A stretch of 62,345 bases of DNA, counting the filler, from Collodictyon triciliatum (taxonomy: Eukaryota), in NCBI GenBank assembly GCA_043381765.1. It is 28 parts of 28 records of this genome, joined end to end, with 100 filler letters (N's around TTAATTAATTAA, not from the genome) between each part and the next. Parts side by side here need not be neighbours in the genome. Positions count along the whole stretch, not along the records: positions 29,034 to 31,163 come from JBHJMP010009451.1; positions 31,264 to 33,393 come from JBHJMP010009452.1; positions 33,494 to 35,623 come from JBHJMP010009453.1; positions 35,724 to 37,852 come from JBHJMP010009454.1; positions 37,953 to 40,080 come from JBHJMP010009455.1; positions 40,181 to 42,306 come from JBHJMP010009456.1; positions 42,407 to 44,532 come from JBHJMP010009457.1; 21 more parts are not named here. The stretch is one strand, 5' to 3'. Position numbers and translations under genes: made by a program. A model generated the notes under the pieces. That model did not search any database and was not told the origin of the DNA. It worked only from the letters and a program-made list of their open reading frames with translations. Of this stretch, positions 29,178 through 42,629 are shown one piece after another. Each line of letters begins with the position of its first letter. The first letter of the stretch is position 1.

Positions 29178-30950
29178 CTGCATCCAGCCTGCTGAAAGCA
29201 TTCCTCGGTTTTGGATGATTCGCTGATCCATTCATCAAATGGAGGCAAGGGAGAGTCTGATTTTATTTTTATTGTTTACAAATTAGTTGAGTATGTTTGA
29301 AGTATACATAAAAACAGGAATGTTTATCATATGAATCAAAAAGTATACTTAATTTACTAGACTAATTTGGTATATAATCTCCTCTACTCGAAAGGTGGCA
29401 TACATTTGTGTTCTAGCATCCAGTCTTGGGACATTAGATAGTTTGAGTAGAGCTGTTCAATTGGATCTCGAAGCATCACTATTAACTTAACGTATGGAAG
29501 CATTTCAAACCTGCATCCATTTATTATTATTATTATTATTATTATTAATGAAAACCCATTCACCGATTAAATCTGAGTCGTCTAAAAGTCTGTTTGTTTA
29601 TCTTATTATACACGCTCTGATCTCAATTTATCTTCAACTTACATCCTTGCTGGGGTCTTGAATTGCACCATGCAGAGGGCATATAAGAGCGGTAGTTTTT
29701 TTAATATGAAAAACATGAATATAGCAATAAATTATAAAATTGTACTATAAAGCCCATACATATATTGCAATAATATGAAAGAATACATCTATACTAGGGC
29801 CATAGTTCGTTGTTGCCTCTCCTGTAATGTTCGAAGGATCTCTGATTTTTGGGAATAACGCTGTATAGTATTTAGGTGTCGCATCGATTTTGGACCAGTG
29901 CTCGAAATAATTCGTCTCTTTCACTGCGCATTTCTCGACATTCGGGTGCTGTGAAATATACCAATATAATGAACTCGTCCTACATTTTATGTAGGACACG
30001 AATTTTCAGAAAGAATAAGCAGAAAATTAATATAGACGTAAACGATATTGTGTAGTTATGTTTCTATTTTATTCTCTTTTTTTTTAAAAAAAAAAGGCTT
30101 CGATTAATACGATATACTACCCGCATTTTGGCCACCCAATAATGATAAAGTATGGAAGACATTGCTTTCTTCCATTCAAGTAGAAACATGGATTTTTAAA
30201 GCGTGAACTGCGTATCATAGAATTGAATCATATGAGTACATTTTACTAGATACCGCAATCAAAATCAGATTTTGATAGAAAATGTTTTAATTGAGGAATT
30301 TACTTGATAGAATAACAAGCATTAGTTTGGTTGTTGTATTGAAAGCAATGATTTTTAGAATCAGGTAATTCCGATATGAACGGTTCTGGTTTTGCCCAAT
30401 TTAACTTCATATCCAAGAATTCCTCCTATTTTGTTGTAGTGTTTGTTTAGTAGCAATTTCTCGCAACTTTTTTAAAGACATTTTGGTACTGTTGTTGAGT
30501 AAAATATTGTTTTTATTTTTCTTTGTGAATAATGCGTGATGATTTCATGCATGTGTGCATATGTCAAAAAGCATGGGAGAGCAAACATGTATACCAGTCT
30601 CTTAACGTGAGGCTGGTAAAACTTTCTCAAAAGCTGGCGTGTATCCCAATCAACAATCTGAGACTCCGCAGGTTTCGATTTGAGTTTGTGTGCGCTATCA
30701 ACCTGATAAATTCCTCTGTTTTCGGCAACGTTGACAATTGTGTCGAAAAGATTTCCTGTGAAGGGTAAACAAAGTCAAAAAGGAATCATCTTTGAAGAAT
30801 ATGTACCAGTGTATGCTGTTTTTCTGTGACTATGAATGAAAAGAAAACAATATTACTCACCATAATCATGGTGTGGCAGAGATAAGTGGTCTTCAACTTG
30901 TCTCATTATGTCTCGAGGCGATTTTTTGAGGTCTTCTGTTTTCAAGACTA
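29178..30950 (-). CDS. Second sulfotransferase (heparan sulfate-type), multi-exon
   Basis: LPYFIIIGWPKCG/TSSLYWYISQHP (5'-PSB loop), KETNYF, ITGEATTNY, MLPYVKLIVMLRDPIEQLYS. Confidence 0.88.
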
Positions 30951-31062
30951 AGGGGAAATATTCATAGAAATAAAGTGGGCTGGTCAGTTATGTAAAGTAC
31001 TCATCAAACAGACGACATATAATTATATGGAATATTTCCATCGAAATCACGTTCAAGCACAT

Positions 31063-31143
<81 letters not shown>

Positions 31144-31263
31144 GTAATAGTAATAGTAATAGTNNNNNNNNNNNNNNNNNNNNNNNNNNNNNNNNNNNNN
31201 NNNNNNNTTAATTAATTAANNNNNNNNNNNNNNNNNNNNNNNNNNNNNNNNNNNNNNNNNNNN

Positions 31264-31480
31264 TAGCTCTGGGTCAAGGACTGCGTTGAAGTCTCCACAT
31301 ATGATTGTATGAGGGGTGTCAAGCTCCTTAGTGAGTTGCTCGAACTCTCCCATTCTTGTTTGCAGGCCAGCCGTTTGTAGTGACATGTAGCAAGTGATAA
31401 TCCTTGTTGTTTTCCCATCCATCTGGATATCCATGCTTATGGCGCGGCCGGGAATAATGAATTTAAATATGGGCTTACAA
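31264..31480 (-). mobile_element. Non-LTR (L1-like) retrotransposon APE endonuclease fragment
   Basis: IIPGRAISMDIQMDGKTTRIITCY...TPHTIICGDFNAVLDPEL; GDFN..LD is the L1-type APE motif; truncated by the contig end. Confidence 0.75.
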
Positions 31481-33493
31481 ATATTGGAAGATTTAGGTAA
31501 TCAGTGTTTTTTAAAAGAAAATATACAATCTTTATCAAAATAGAAAACAAACAAAAGTAAATAAAATTAAATACTGCAATTCATCCGTCAACATACAGAA
31601 TAACAAATTCAAGCTCTAGTCTTGTGTTTTTTCCAGCGGAGTCATTACATGGGTCAACACATTGGAGTCTGCAAGTGGATAATGCAAGAAAGGTTAGCAA
31701 AACAGTTATCAATAAAATCCAGAATTAAATATATGAAAAATATAATAATGATTAAGAAAATTGGATTGTAATATCATATAATTCCAACGATTCCATTTAA
31801 TCTGATTTAATGATATCACAGAGAGAACAAATGGATTAAGTTAATGTGCTAAAAGAAAGGCAGATATGATAATTTGCGTGATTATACTACCTTTCCCATT
31901 CGACGCTGCAATCGCTGCTTTGTCGCCTCTGTCGAATAAGCAACATTTGAAAAGCTCAATGAGACTTGGTGACTTCTATTGAGTCGTATAAAACAAGAGT
32001 GATGCAAAAAACAATAAACTGAACAAGATTAGTCACACTTTTCTCAATTCCAAGACCTGTTGATGACAGTCGTTTGGTGTATCTGTCTCAACCAAATTGA
32101 AGAAGCATTCTCTGCAGACACCCTGATTGTTTTTGGTCTCTTGATGGCCACTTTTTTCTGGCATTGACGTGTTAGCAAGATATTGGAATGAAGAACAAAA
32201 AGATCGAGAGATATAAAAGAAGAGAAAAAGTGAATGTATAGACGAAGAGTCACGAAGATATTTTCACTTACAGCAATAGCCTGCGGACATAACTATTGTT
32301 TTCTATTCTATGCTTGGGAAGTTCATACTTTTTTTTCGCACGCAAATCAAGGATGGCGCGCTGCAAGCATAATCCCTTTCGCTTTCAGTTTATCTAGCGT
32401 TTTTTAAGAAAGGAAATTCTATTGAGCATTTACCTTTTGTTTTCCTTTTCCAATAGTTTTTTGGTTATTATTTTGTTGTATTTCTATGCTGTTTTGTTTT
32501 GGCGTCAGTATAAACCACCGCACAATAGGACTCCTTATTGATTTTAAATATTTGCTTTTTGTTGGATGAGCAGACTTTTCACAAAATAAAAAACACCGCC
32601 TCAGCCGAAGTAATGGTTGACTCCCTAATGAGACGCTCTACGAAGGACATCATCCACACGGAATCTTTCCCCAAAGCGATCGGCCCTTAAAGGCATTGTA
32701 TCAATCCCAATACTTGCTGCACAAGCTCTCTTTTGACTGAAGTACTTTTGTGCATAACAAAGTCGCATATTATTCTTAGCCAAGCGACCGCAGCAAAGGG
32801 CTTTCTCTTCGCCTCTGGACAAAGCGGAATGAATCCCTCGGTGGATACTTCACAACCAAGCACTCCATCACTTTCTTGTTTATCAAATGCAGAAAGAAAA
32901 ACTCGTTGCACAAAAGTATTTCTCACAAACTCAACAAAATCCCTCACTCAGAAAGCCAAACTGAAAGAAAATATGTTCATCGCAGAAAACGGAGCTTGCA
33001 GCCGATGTCCAAAGTCCAAGCTCGCCAGGGTTTATCACAAACAATCAATTGCCCGAAGACATGACTTTATGTTTTCAATATAGCTCCTCATCATGACAGA
33101 ATACTATTTGGGTTGTCTGTGTGTGTGTGCGTACTGTGCCGAATCACTTTCACGCCATTCAAAAGGCACTTAGCCTGGTTTGGAGAATATGAAGGTCATT
33201 CTGGAGACTGGCATATGTCTCTTGCAAATGCTGTCAAAACCACTGTCCTTCTCCGTGACACGAAAGACTTTGCGGTGATTAACGAAATCCACGTTCCATA
33301 TATAATCATTCACTGGATAGATTATTGACACATGCCATCACCAGAAAAGCTTGAATCCAAATCTCATCCTTTGCAATCATTTCATGTATATCANNNNNNN
33401 NNNNNNNNNNNNNNNNNNNNNNNNNNNNNNNNNNNNNTTAATTAATTAANNNNNNNNNNNNNNNNNNNNNNNNNNNNNNNNNNNNNNNNNNNN

Positions 33494-33549
<56 letters not shown>

Positions 33550-34734
33550 AGTTGTGCCTTCGCTACAAAGTATTGACACAAGTCGGATTTGGTTACATAT
33601 CAGGTCGGAGCAGGGACTGAATTTATGATTCCTCCTATGCCCTGTAAGCATCAATAATAATCTCATCACATACATTGCCACAATAACCTAGATTCTAGAC
33701 TTCAACATCATCCATGGTCAGATTTCATCGAACTATAACAATTGTGCATAAAATTGATTTTAAAATAATATGAAAAATAAATCACACGGGTCTTGTATTT
33801 CTTTTGACATATGAGATTCTACAAATCCATTGGCATGAAATATCTTGAGGCTAACTTAATCACTAAAAATATATCAGCGTCGTTGTAATTAACCTCCATC
33901 GTATTCCAAATAATAGAATCAACCTTATACGCTATGAACATAAATAAAAATTATTGACGCAACAAAAGTAACATGAAAATTAAAACAGTCAGTATCGATC
34001 ATAGATGATATGTCACAATATTAATTTATTACCTGCGATTTTAATTTTTTATGCATATACTGTATGTTTTCTTGCACAGCATTATTCATATCAATGCGTG
34101 CCATTTCCTACCAACTCATATCAATTCGCATTTATTTGCATTTATTTTCATAATTCTGAGAGTTTCTCATCATTTCTACTCTATCCAAATCAATCTGCAC
34201 ATATTCTCATTAATCCACATCAATCAGCACGCCAATTGTCATATATTTGCACTTTATCCCTTGTTCCCATCTGCCTTCCACACCATGAACCCGTGTCTCT
34301 TGCTTCACCACCTTTGCTTCTTCACCTTCTTCGATATTTTTGCTATTTCGCTTATCATCCTCTCTGCCGCCTATGTACCGTCTTGCGTCCCTTGTGTCCC
34401 TCCCACGCCACACCATCTGGTTCCATTTCGGTAGTGACCGTTTGCCCTATAATAACACCCCAACTACCTATACACACAGCACCCTCTTTTCCCGCTTACC
34501 CACCCTCACAAAAAAAAAAAAAAAAAGAATCTGTCCAAACTACCTACCTTGCTCAGGTACCATACCTTTGGCCCCATCTGATACCACATAAGGCCCATCT
34601 ATGCCATATCCGGCCTTTCCACAACACATACAGCCCCAACCCTAGCCCTGGCTCTAACCCTAGCTCTAACCCTATATAATCAGGGCCTCAACATTCATGC
34701 CATATTGAGTGCCCCTAAATAACAAAACAAATAT

Positions 34735-35623
34735 TCAATCCTGCTACGCTTGTCCAATAGGCACATTCAACTCAATATCCGGCTCGTATGGAAACAAATC
34801 ATGTATTGAATGTCCACAAGGCACTTGGAATGACAGAGATGGTCAAACATCATGCATATCATGTCCAGCTGGTACATTCACAAATAAAACTGGCTCATTC
34901 AATCAATCATCATGCATCTCATGTCCAAATGGAAGCTACAGCTCAGAAAGAAGCGCATCATGCAGCTTGTGCTTATCAGGTTATTACCAAAAAGATGGAA
35001 TCATTAAAGACTCAAGCTCATGCCATACTTGTCCAAAAGGAACATTCAACTCAAACTCCGGCTCATATGGATACAAATCATGTATCGAATGTCCACAAGG
35101 CACTTGGAATGACAGAGATGGTCAGGCATCATGCACATCATGTGCAGCTGGTACATTCAACAATCAAACTGGCTCATTCAACCAATCATCATGCATATCA
35201 TGTCCAAATGGAAGCTACAGCTCAGAAAGAAGCTCGTCATGCAGCTTATGCTTATCAGGATTCTATCAAAAAGAAAATATCATAAAAGATTCAATCCTGC
35301 TACGCTTGTCCAATAGGCACATTCAACTCAATATCCGGCTCGTATGGAAACAAATCATGTATTGGATGTCCACAAGGTACTTGGAATAATGATGAGGGTC
35401 AAGCATCATGCATATCATGTCCAGCTGGGACATTCAACAATAAAACTAGCTCGAATAATCAATCATGCATTTCATGTCCAAATGGAAGCTACAGCTCAGA
35501 AAGAAGCTCATCATGCAGTCTATGCTCATCAGGATTCTATCAAAAAGATGGAATCACAAAAGACTCACAATCATGCTATGCTTGTCCAAAAGGAACATTC
35601 AACTCAAACTCCGGCTCATATGG
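34735..35623 (+). pseudogene. Cys-rich CxxC-repeat (GCC2/GCC3, ephrin-receptor-like) surface protein fragment with a frameshift near 35292
   Basis: 279-bp/93-aa repeat (anchors at 34781, 35060, 35337). The third unit is 2 bp short. The repeat starts abruptly with no obvious start or acceptor. Confidence 0.75.
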
Positions 35624-37417
35624 NNNNNNNNNNNNNNNNNNNNNNNNNNNNNNNNNNNNNNNNNNNNTTAATTAATTAANNNNNNNNNNNNNNNNNNNNN
35701 NNNNNNNNNNNNNNNNNNNNNNNCTAAGCACTTGTATTCACGCATTATGTTTGGTTCCTTTTGTCTGTGTCTGTGTCTGTGTCTGTGTCTGTGTCTGTGT
35801 CTGTGTCTGTGTCTGTGTCTGTGTCTGTGTCTGTGTCTGTGTCTGTGTCTGTGTCTGTGTCTGTTTAAAGTAGGGCTTTAGGTCGGAGGCTCAATCAGCC
35901 GAGCTCCTTCTTGCTTCATTCTCCCGTAGTTTTCAGGGGCTGCATTTTAGGTGCATGAGATAGTGAGGCAGTAATATATTAATGAATCAAATAAGCGTTC
36001 ATCCCTCTACCCACTGACCTTTTTCATTTTACCACAGATACCTCAAGCTATACGTATGACCAGAGTTGGTTGAGGATATCGCTCAAATGATCGTGTGCAC
36101 AAAGACATATCGTCTCCCTTTGTATTATTCGGCGTGGTGTGTATGTTTTGGAAGCAATAGGGCATAAAGAATTCAATCCCAATATATTAATGTGCCTTTT
36201 TTCTTTAATTTTTATTTTTATTCATTTTGGTTTATATTCTCCAAACGATAAAAAAAAAATAATTGGTAGGCTTCGGGAGTGGATCATTACCAGTCCGGCT
36301 TGGGTCGCTATCCTTCTTTGCACCACAGAACGAAGGAGGGCCATGAACCTGAAAATACAGAATCGATGCTGCAAACTCCCTGGAACAAGACATGCTGGAA
36401 GGTAGAGTACGGGGAGAAGATTTCTCGGGCGCAGGTGGAGGCCCCACGTGAACGTCTGTCTGGATCTCTGCGTTGGTGGGAGGTTGGGCAGAAAGCGAGA
36501 AAACTGATTCATCTCTTTTTGATTAGTCCGGGATTCAAATTACAAATTTGGAAAATATACTTCTTTGTGCATTCTATGTTCCATGCGAACCAGTTTTATT
36601 TATGAAGTGATTATTAAATATCAAATACTATGACTGTATATAAAAATATGTGGGCGGTTTTTAATAAAATTTTATATATAGAAGGAACTGATTCGCGAAC
36701 CAATAGTTAAAAATAGCAACACCATACATGGCGATTATAGCCGTTATACCACGCGACAGAAATTCCAGTTCAAGAAAATTCCACAAATGAAATTGATTTG
36801 AGTCCAAATTAGAATTAAGCACCAGTAATTTCCACAAAAATCCGTGTTTTTCCAGCCGGCCGAAAGCGACTTTTATTTTTGCTCGCGTTAGGCAGGGCTC
36901 CATGGTGATGGCCTGTGAGGTGTCACAAATGGCGAATTCGTGAAGTGGTGAGAGTTGGTCATCGATCTGCTCCGACAAAGATCAGAAATGAAGTATCGCC
37001 ATTGGGGCTAAGCTCGGCAGCAAGTTCCTTTTGCCACCGCAACCACAGTCACTCCCATTCTCACTCACTCACTCACTCACTCACTCTCACTCTCACTCTC
37101 ACTCTCGCAATCATTCGCTATATCTCCTGGTTTACTTCACGCACAACAAACCATCCGCAAAAGAACTGGGATTCAGCCATACATCCCAACTTTCATATCA
37201 AATCATTAGCCAGATTGAATGGCGTGTGGCTCATCCCACATGAAAACCACTCGTCCTTGCTGGGCCAACCTGTGCCTTCATATTTTTATATATTTTTTTT
37301 TAATATCAACGATATATTCTCATCCACCAGAGAAAGAAAGCCAAGCCATCCGTTCGCTCCGTTTCTCTGACAGACACGATCTGCAAACACTCTTACGCAT
37401 CTGCAAAAGGAAGAGGG

Positions 37418-37852
37418 ATGAAGAATCTGCTCAGCCCGACCGTTGCCGTCTCTCTTTGGCTCGTGCTCTTCACCACGCCAGCCTCCTGCCAAGGTAATGC
37501 CTCAATATCCCGTCCACTCATACCATATTTGTCATGAATTCACCATGTGATTGTAGCCCAAATACGGAATGCCACAAATGTATATTTTCTTTTACAATTT
37601 CTCTGAAGTGACCAAACACACAACAAATCCTTGCGTGCCCACTTCGCTGCTGTGCTCTAAACCTTGTTTCCCCCTCTATTTACTCTCTTACCAATTATTA
37701 TTTTTTTTAAAAAAAGACGCCGCCATATTCTCTGCGTGGACCTCCCCGAACGTGGACACGGTGTCCTACGGAAGCACTGCGGGAGGAACCCTAGTGACGG
37801 TGTCTGGAATCGGTTTCGATAAATCTTCGGCAATTATCTTTCTTGGATGGTT
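37418..37852 (+). CDS. Secreted/membrane IPT/TIG-domain protein, N-terminus; exons 37418-37493 and 37717-37852
   Basis: Signal peptide MKNLLSPTVAVSLWLVLFTTPASCQ spliced in frame to ...SYGSTAGGTLVTVSGIGF (TIG motif). Confidence 0.7.
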
Positions 37853-37952
37853 NNNNNNNNNNNNNNNNNNNNNNNNNNNNNNNNNNNNNNNNNNNNTTAA
37901 TTAATTAANNNNNNNNNNNNNNNNNNNNNNNNNNNNNNNNNNNNNNNNNNNN

Positions 37953-40080
37953 GCTTGCCAATATCCAGGTGCAACACTCGGCTGACTGGTTCCATCACAT
38001 ATAAAGCCTTTTGGACAATCTTTGCATTGCTTGGTATTTGCGTCAAGATATGTAAATGGAAGACATTTACACTCTGAAATAGATATTGATGCAGTCATAT
38101 TTGTGATTGAATTTATTGGGCATTCTTTGCACAATGTCTGTCCATAATTTTCATTGTAAGTGCTTGGTGGACATTCGTAACAGTTCTTCCGCTTTTCATA
38201 CCATCCAGGTTTGCATTCACAAGTGGAGTTCCTGATTTCAAATCCAGTACTACAAACACAATCGGTTGAAGTAATCGAGCCATTATTTTTTGTCGTAAAC
38301 TTATCTCCGCATGAAAGGCAGAAATTCGTGCCGTTTGTTGATTTGTATGAACCAAGTCTGCATGAAACACATTTATTTCCGTCCTCAAACTGTCCCGGAG
38401 GGCATGTGCAAGCACTATTGAATGATACATAAGAATATATGCATTTGCACTCAACGATTGATTTAGAACCTTTTGAGGTTGTAGTTGAGCGTGTGGGACA
38501 TGAATTGCACGATGAGCTTCTCTCCGGGCTGTAGCTTCCATTTGGACATGGAATGCATTGCTATTGATTGAATGAGCCAGTTTTATTGTTGAATGTACCA
38601 GCTGGACATGATGTGCATGATGCTTGACCATCCTTATCATTCCAAGTGCCTTGTGGACATTCAATACATGATATGTTTCCATATGAGCCGGAGTTTGAGT
38701 TGAATGTGCCTTTTGGACAAGCATAGCATGATTTCGAGTCTTTTGAGATTCCTTCTCTTTGATAGTATCCTGATGAGCACAAAGTGCACGATAAGCTTCC
38801 AACCGAGCTATAGCTTCCATCTGTACATGAAATGCATGATGATTCATTATATGAAGCAATTTTGTTGTTGAATGTGCCAGCTGTACAAGATGTGCACGAT
38901 GCTAGACCATCTCTATCATTCCAAGTACCATGTGGACATTCGATGCATGATTTGTTTCCATATGAGCCGGAGTTTGAGTTGAATGTGCCTTTTGGACAAG
39001 CGTAGCATGATTTTGAGTCTTTTGTGATTTCTTCTTTTTGATAGAATCCTGATGAGCATAAACTGCATGATACGCTTCTTTCTGAGCTGTAGCTTCCATC
39101 CAGACATGAAATGCATGACGATTGATTGAATGAGCCCGTTTTATTATTGAATGAACCAGCTGGACATGATGTGCATGATGCTTGACCATCACTTTCATTC
39201 CAAGTACCTTGTGTACAATCGATGCATGATTTGTTTCCATATGAGCCGGAGTTTGAGTTGAATGTGCCTTTTGGACAAGCATAGCATGATTGTGAGTCTT
39301 TTGTGATTCCTTCTTTTTGATAGTATCCTGATGAGCACAAAGTGCACGATAAGCTTCCAACCGAGCTATAGCTTCCATCTGTGCATGGAATGCATGATGA
39401 TTGGTTAAATAAACCAGCCTTACCATTGAATGTACCAGCTGGACATGATGTGCATGATGCTTGACCATCTCTATCATTCCAAGTACCTTGTGGACATTCG
39501 ATGCATGATTTGTTTCCATATGAGCCGGAGTATTGAGTTGAATGTGCCTTTTGGACAAGCATAGCATGATTTTGAGTCTTTTGTGACTCCTTCTTTTTGA
39601 TAGAATCCTGATGAGCATAAACTGCATGATACGCTTCTTTCTGAGCTGTAGCTTCCATCTGGACATTCAATACATGAAAATTCATCGAATGAGCCAGTTT
39701 TATTATTGAATGAACCAGCTGGACATGATGTGCATGATGCTTGTCCATCTCTATCATTCCAAGTACCTTGTGGACATTCGATGCATGATTTGTTTCCATA
39801 TGAGCCAGAGTTTGAGTTGAATGAGCCTTTCGGACAAGTGTAGCATGATTGTGAGTCTTTTATTACTCCCTCTTTTTGATAGTATCCTGATGAGCACAAA
39901 GTGCACGATGAGCTTCTCTCTGAGCTGTAGCTTCCGTTTGAACATGAAATACATGATGATTGATTGGATGAGCCAGTTTTATTGTTGAATGTACCAGCTG
40001 GACATGATGTGCATGATGCTTGACCATCTCTATCATTCCAAGTACCTTGTGGACATTCAATACATGATATGTTTCCATAT
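37953..40080 (-). pseudogene. Cys-rich CxxC-repeat surface protein (same family as 34735-35623); 1-bp frameshift near 39532 and in-frame TAG at 38561-38563
   Basis: About 5.5 copies of the 93-aa unit, then non-repetitive Cys-rich sequence ending CPKGFICDG...VAPGYW; intronless. Confidence 0.8.
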
Positions 40081-40332
40081 NNNNNNNNNNNNNNNNNNNN
40101 NNNNNNNNNNNNNNNNNNNNNNNNTTAATTAATTAANNNNNNNNNNNNNNNNNNNNNNNNNNNNNNNNNNNNNNNNNNNNAAAAATAAAGATAAAGATAA
40201 AGATAAAGATAAAGATAAAGATAAAGATAAAGATAAAGATAAAGATAAAGATAAAGATAAAGATAAAGATAAAGATAAAGATAAAGATAAACAGAACCAT
40301 AAACACATACATAAATAACTGCGCAAAACATA

Positions 40333-41035
40333 CGTCTTTCTGGGACTTCAGAAACTCGATGTCGTACTTTTGTTTGACATTCTCTTCCTTCATGATGGTT
40401 TCGATTGGGGTAAAGTTTTTTGGTTTATCATTTATCTAAAGGCATGGTAGAGAAGAAAAACGATTTGTCAGAATAGCTGCAGGCACTAAGGGGTGGAAAA
40501 GCTTGTCAAATGTTGTGCAACAGAGCACCAAGGAATTATACAATTGTTGATAATATGTAGAAAATTAAAATATGAAAATATGAAGATGAGGAGAGAAGGG
40601 GAAATTGAAAACCAAAGAGGAAAAATGAGGGAATAATGATATCAACCCGTAAAAAAAATAATGAAAGAAATGAGAAGGAAGGTTTCCAATACGAGAGAAT
40701 GATATTTACATGTTGGAATTTTAGCAGAAAATCACGAGAGTATTTGCGTAGAGGCTGGCTGGGGGATTGTGTGACATCTTCGACATTTTCGCCCTGCATC
40801 AATTTTTGTTTCTTATTTGTTTGATTGACTTATTGTTGTGAAGAGCCTGCGTTGAGATGATTATGGCTTTCGATTATGCAGATATGATATGGGGTTCAAG
40901 TGGAAAAAATTAGGTTAGCAGAGAAGACAAAAAAAAATAATTAATTGATGGGTGCTTTATTGATATTTTTATCAGTTAATTTTACGAATCGAAAACCTCG
41001 GCTCGATTTTCGGCTTCTTCGCTCGGGGTGCTCAT
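40333..41035 (-). CDS. eIF4E-binding protein (eIF4G/4E-BP-like) N-terminal exons
   Basis: RKYSRDFLLKFQ is a canonical YxxxxL-phi motif; the next exon has a second, KYDIEFLKSQ. Confidence 0.45.
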
Positions 41036-42629
41036 CGACTGCTGTTCCACACGATCTTCACCGGTGGGTTTTGACCTTACCTTGAATCTATTCAGGCACG
41101 ATGGTAATTAATATTCCGAAACGTAGACAGTAACGCCCTAAAAATACGCTGCAATGACTGAGGAGTTTTTCGAACAAGGTAGGACAAAAGCACAGATAAT
41201 TCTTTGTGCGACGATCTTGAAGTATTTATCCAGTTGCCAAGTATTCTTCCCCTTGGTTTCTTTGTTTCTTTCTTTGNNNNNNNNNNNNNNNNNNNNNNNN
41301 NNNNNNNNNNNNNNNNNNNNNNNNNNNNNNNNNNNNNNNNNNNNNNNNNNNNNNNNNNNNNNNNNNNNNNNNNNNNTTTCTTTGTTTCTTTGTTTTTTTT
41401 TCTCCTTCATCTTCCTAGAGCTATGATTAAGACAAGAGAGCGATGCAAGGACAAGAGCACGCTTTCAGCTTTGCGGCCCGATCGTTTCAGAATAAACACG
41501 CAGGCATTCTCGCAAGTCAACTCGCCGAGACCTCAACAAGGCGGAGCCCCTCGCGAGAGAATCGCATGCTTGTTTGGCTGCTGTGCCTTTCAATCCAGTC
41601 GCTGCCCATAAACCGCTGGTGAACGAACCCGTCAGGTTTAAAGGAACTTGGCTTCAAAACATGCGAAAGGCACATCTGTCGAGCTGTATGACACCCACTT
41701 TGACTCCCACAAAACTGGGCTTGACATAAGCTCGCACCAGATGGAAGAAGGTGATTACTTGCTGATGCATAAAGGGCAGGAGAATCGTTAGGTAAAGTGG
41801 ATGTTGATCGTAATGATGTCACCTGACGTGCGAGAGGCAAGCGCATGAGAAAGACGCTCGATGTGACTCATAAGCGCTTCGATTCACAAGCGGCAAACAA
41901 GCATGAAGAAACGGAAAGGATTCATTTGGGCCAAATACTATCGAATGCGATATAGATGACAAGGCGTAAAACAGTGACGGTGATGCAAGGAAAGTGTATC
42001 AATCAAGACATGCACGGCCTTTTCGATGTGTGCCTCTCTAGTTGGGCTGTCTTTCACGGTCTATAAGAGACTGTAGCTATTGGTTTTTGAAATGAATTGT
42101 ACTCACCTTTGATATGACATAAAAATAAAGAAAAAGAGATAAAAGAGAATAAAAAATAATGTATTTGCTTGGGTTATTCCTTTTTCTATTTTCGTTGAAA
42201 GACCATTGAAAGGTTGGAAGGCTGTGGCTGATGAAATAAGAAGCACTGTTCCGAGATAAGGGAGGCACATTGCCATGAATGACTTATATCAGATAAATCC
42301 AGAAATNNNNNNNNNNNNNNNNNNNNNNNNNNNNNNNNNNNNNNNNNNNNTTAATTAATTAANNNNNNNNNNNNNNNNNNNNNNNNNNNNNNNNNNNNNN
42401 NNNNNNTTTCTTTTGTTTTCTTTTGTTTTCTTTTGTTTTCTTTTGTTTTCTTTTGTTTTCTTTTGTTTTCTTTTGTTTTCTTTTGTTTTCTTTTGTTTTC
42501 TTTTGTTTTCTTTTGTTTTGTGTTGCTGGTTGTGTGAGATGACCCATGTGAATTAATACTATGGTAATCAGGAACTTTGAATTGAATAAAGGGGTGATAC
42601 TATGGCTAATCAAAACATTTTAGCAATCG

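Noticed and set aside
36278-36292. GGATCATTA resembling the 18S rRNA 3' end
   Set aside because: No upstream conserved SSU sequence; chance match.
38113-39666. His/Gln-rich alternative-frame ORFs over the Cys-rich repeats
   Set aside because: Shadow frames of the repetitive CxxC coding sequence.
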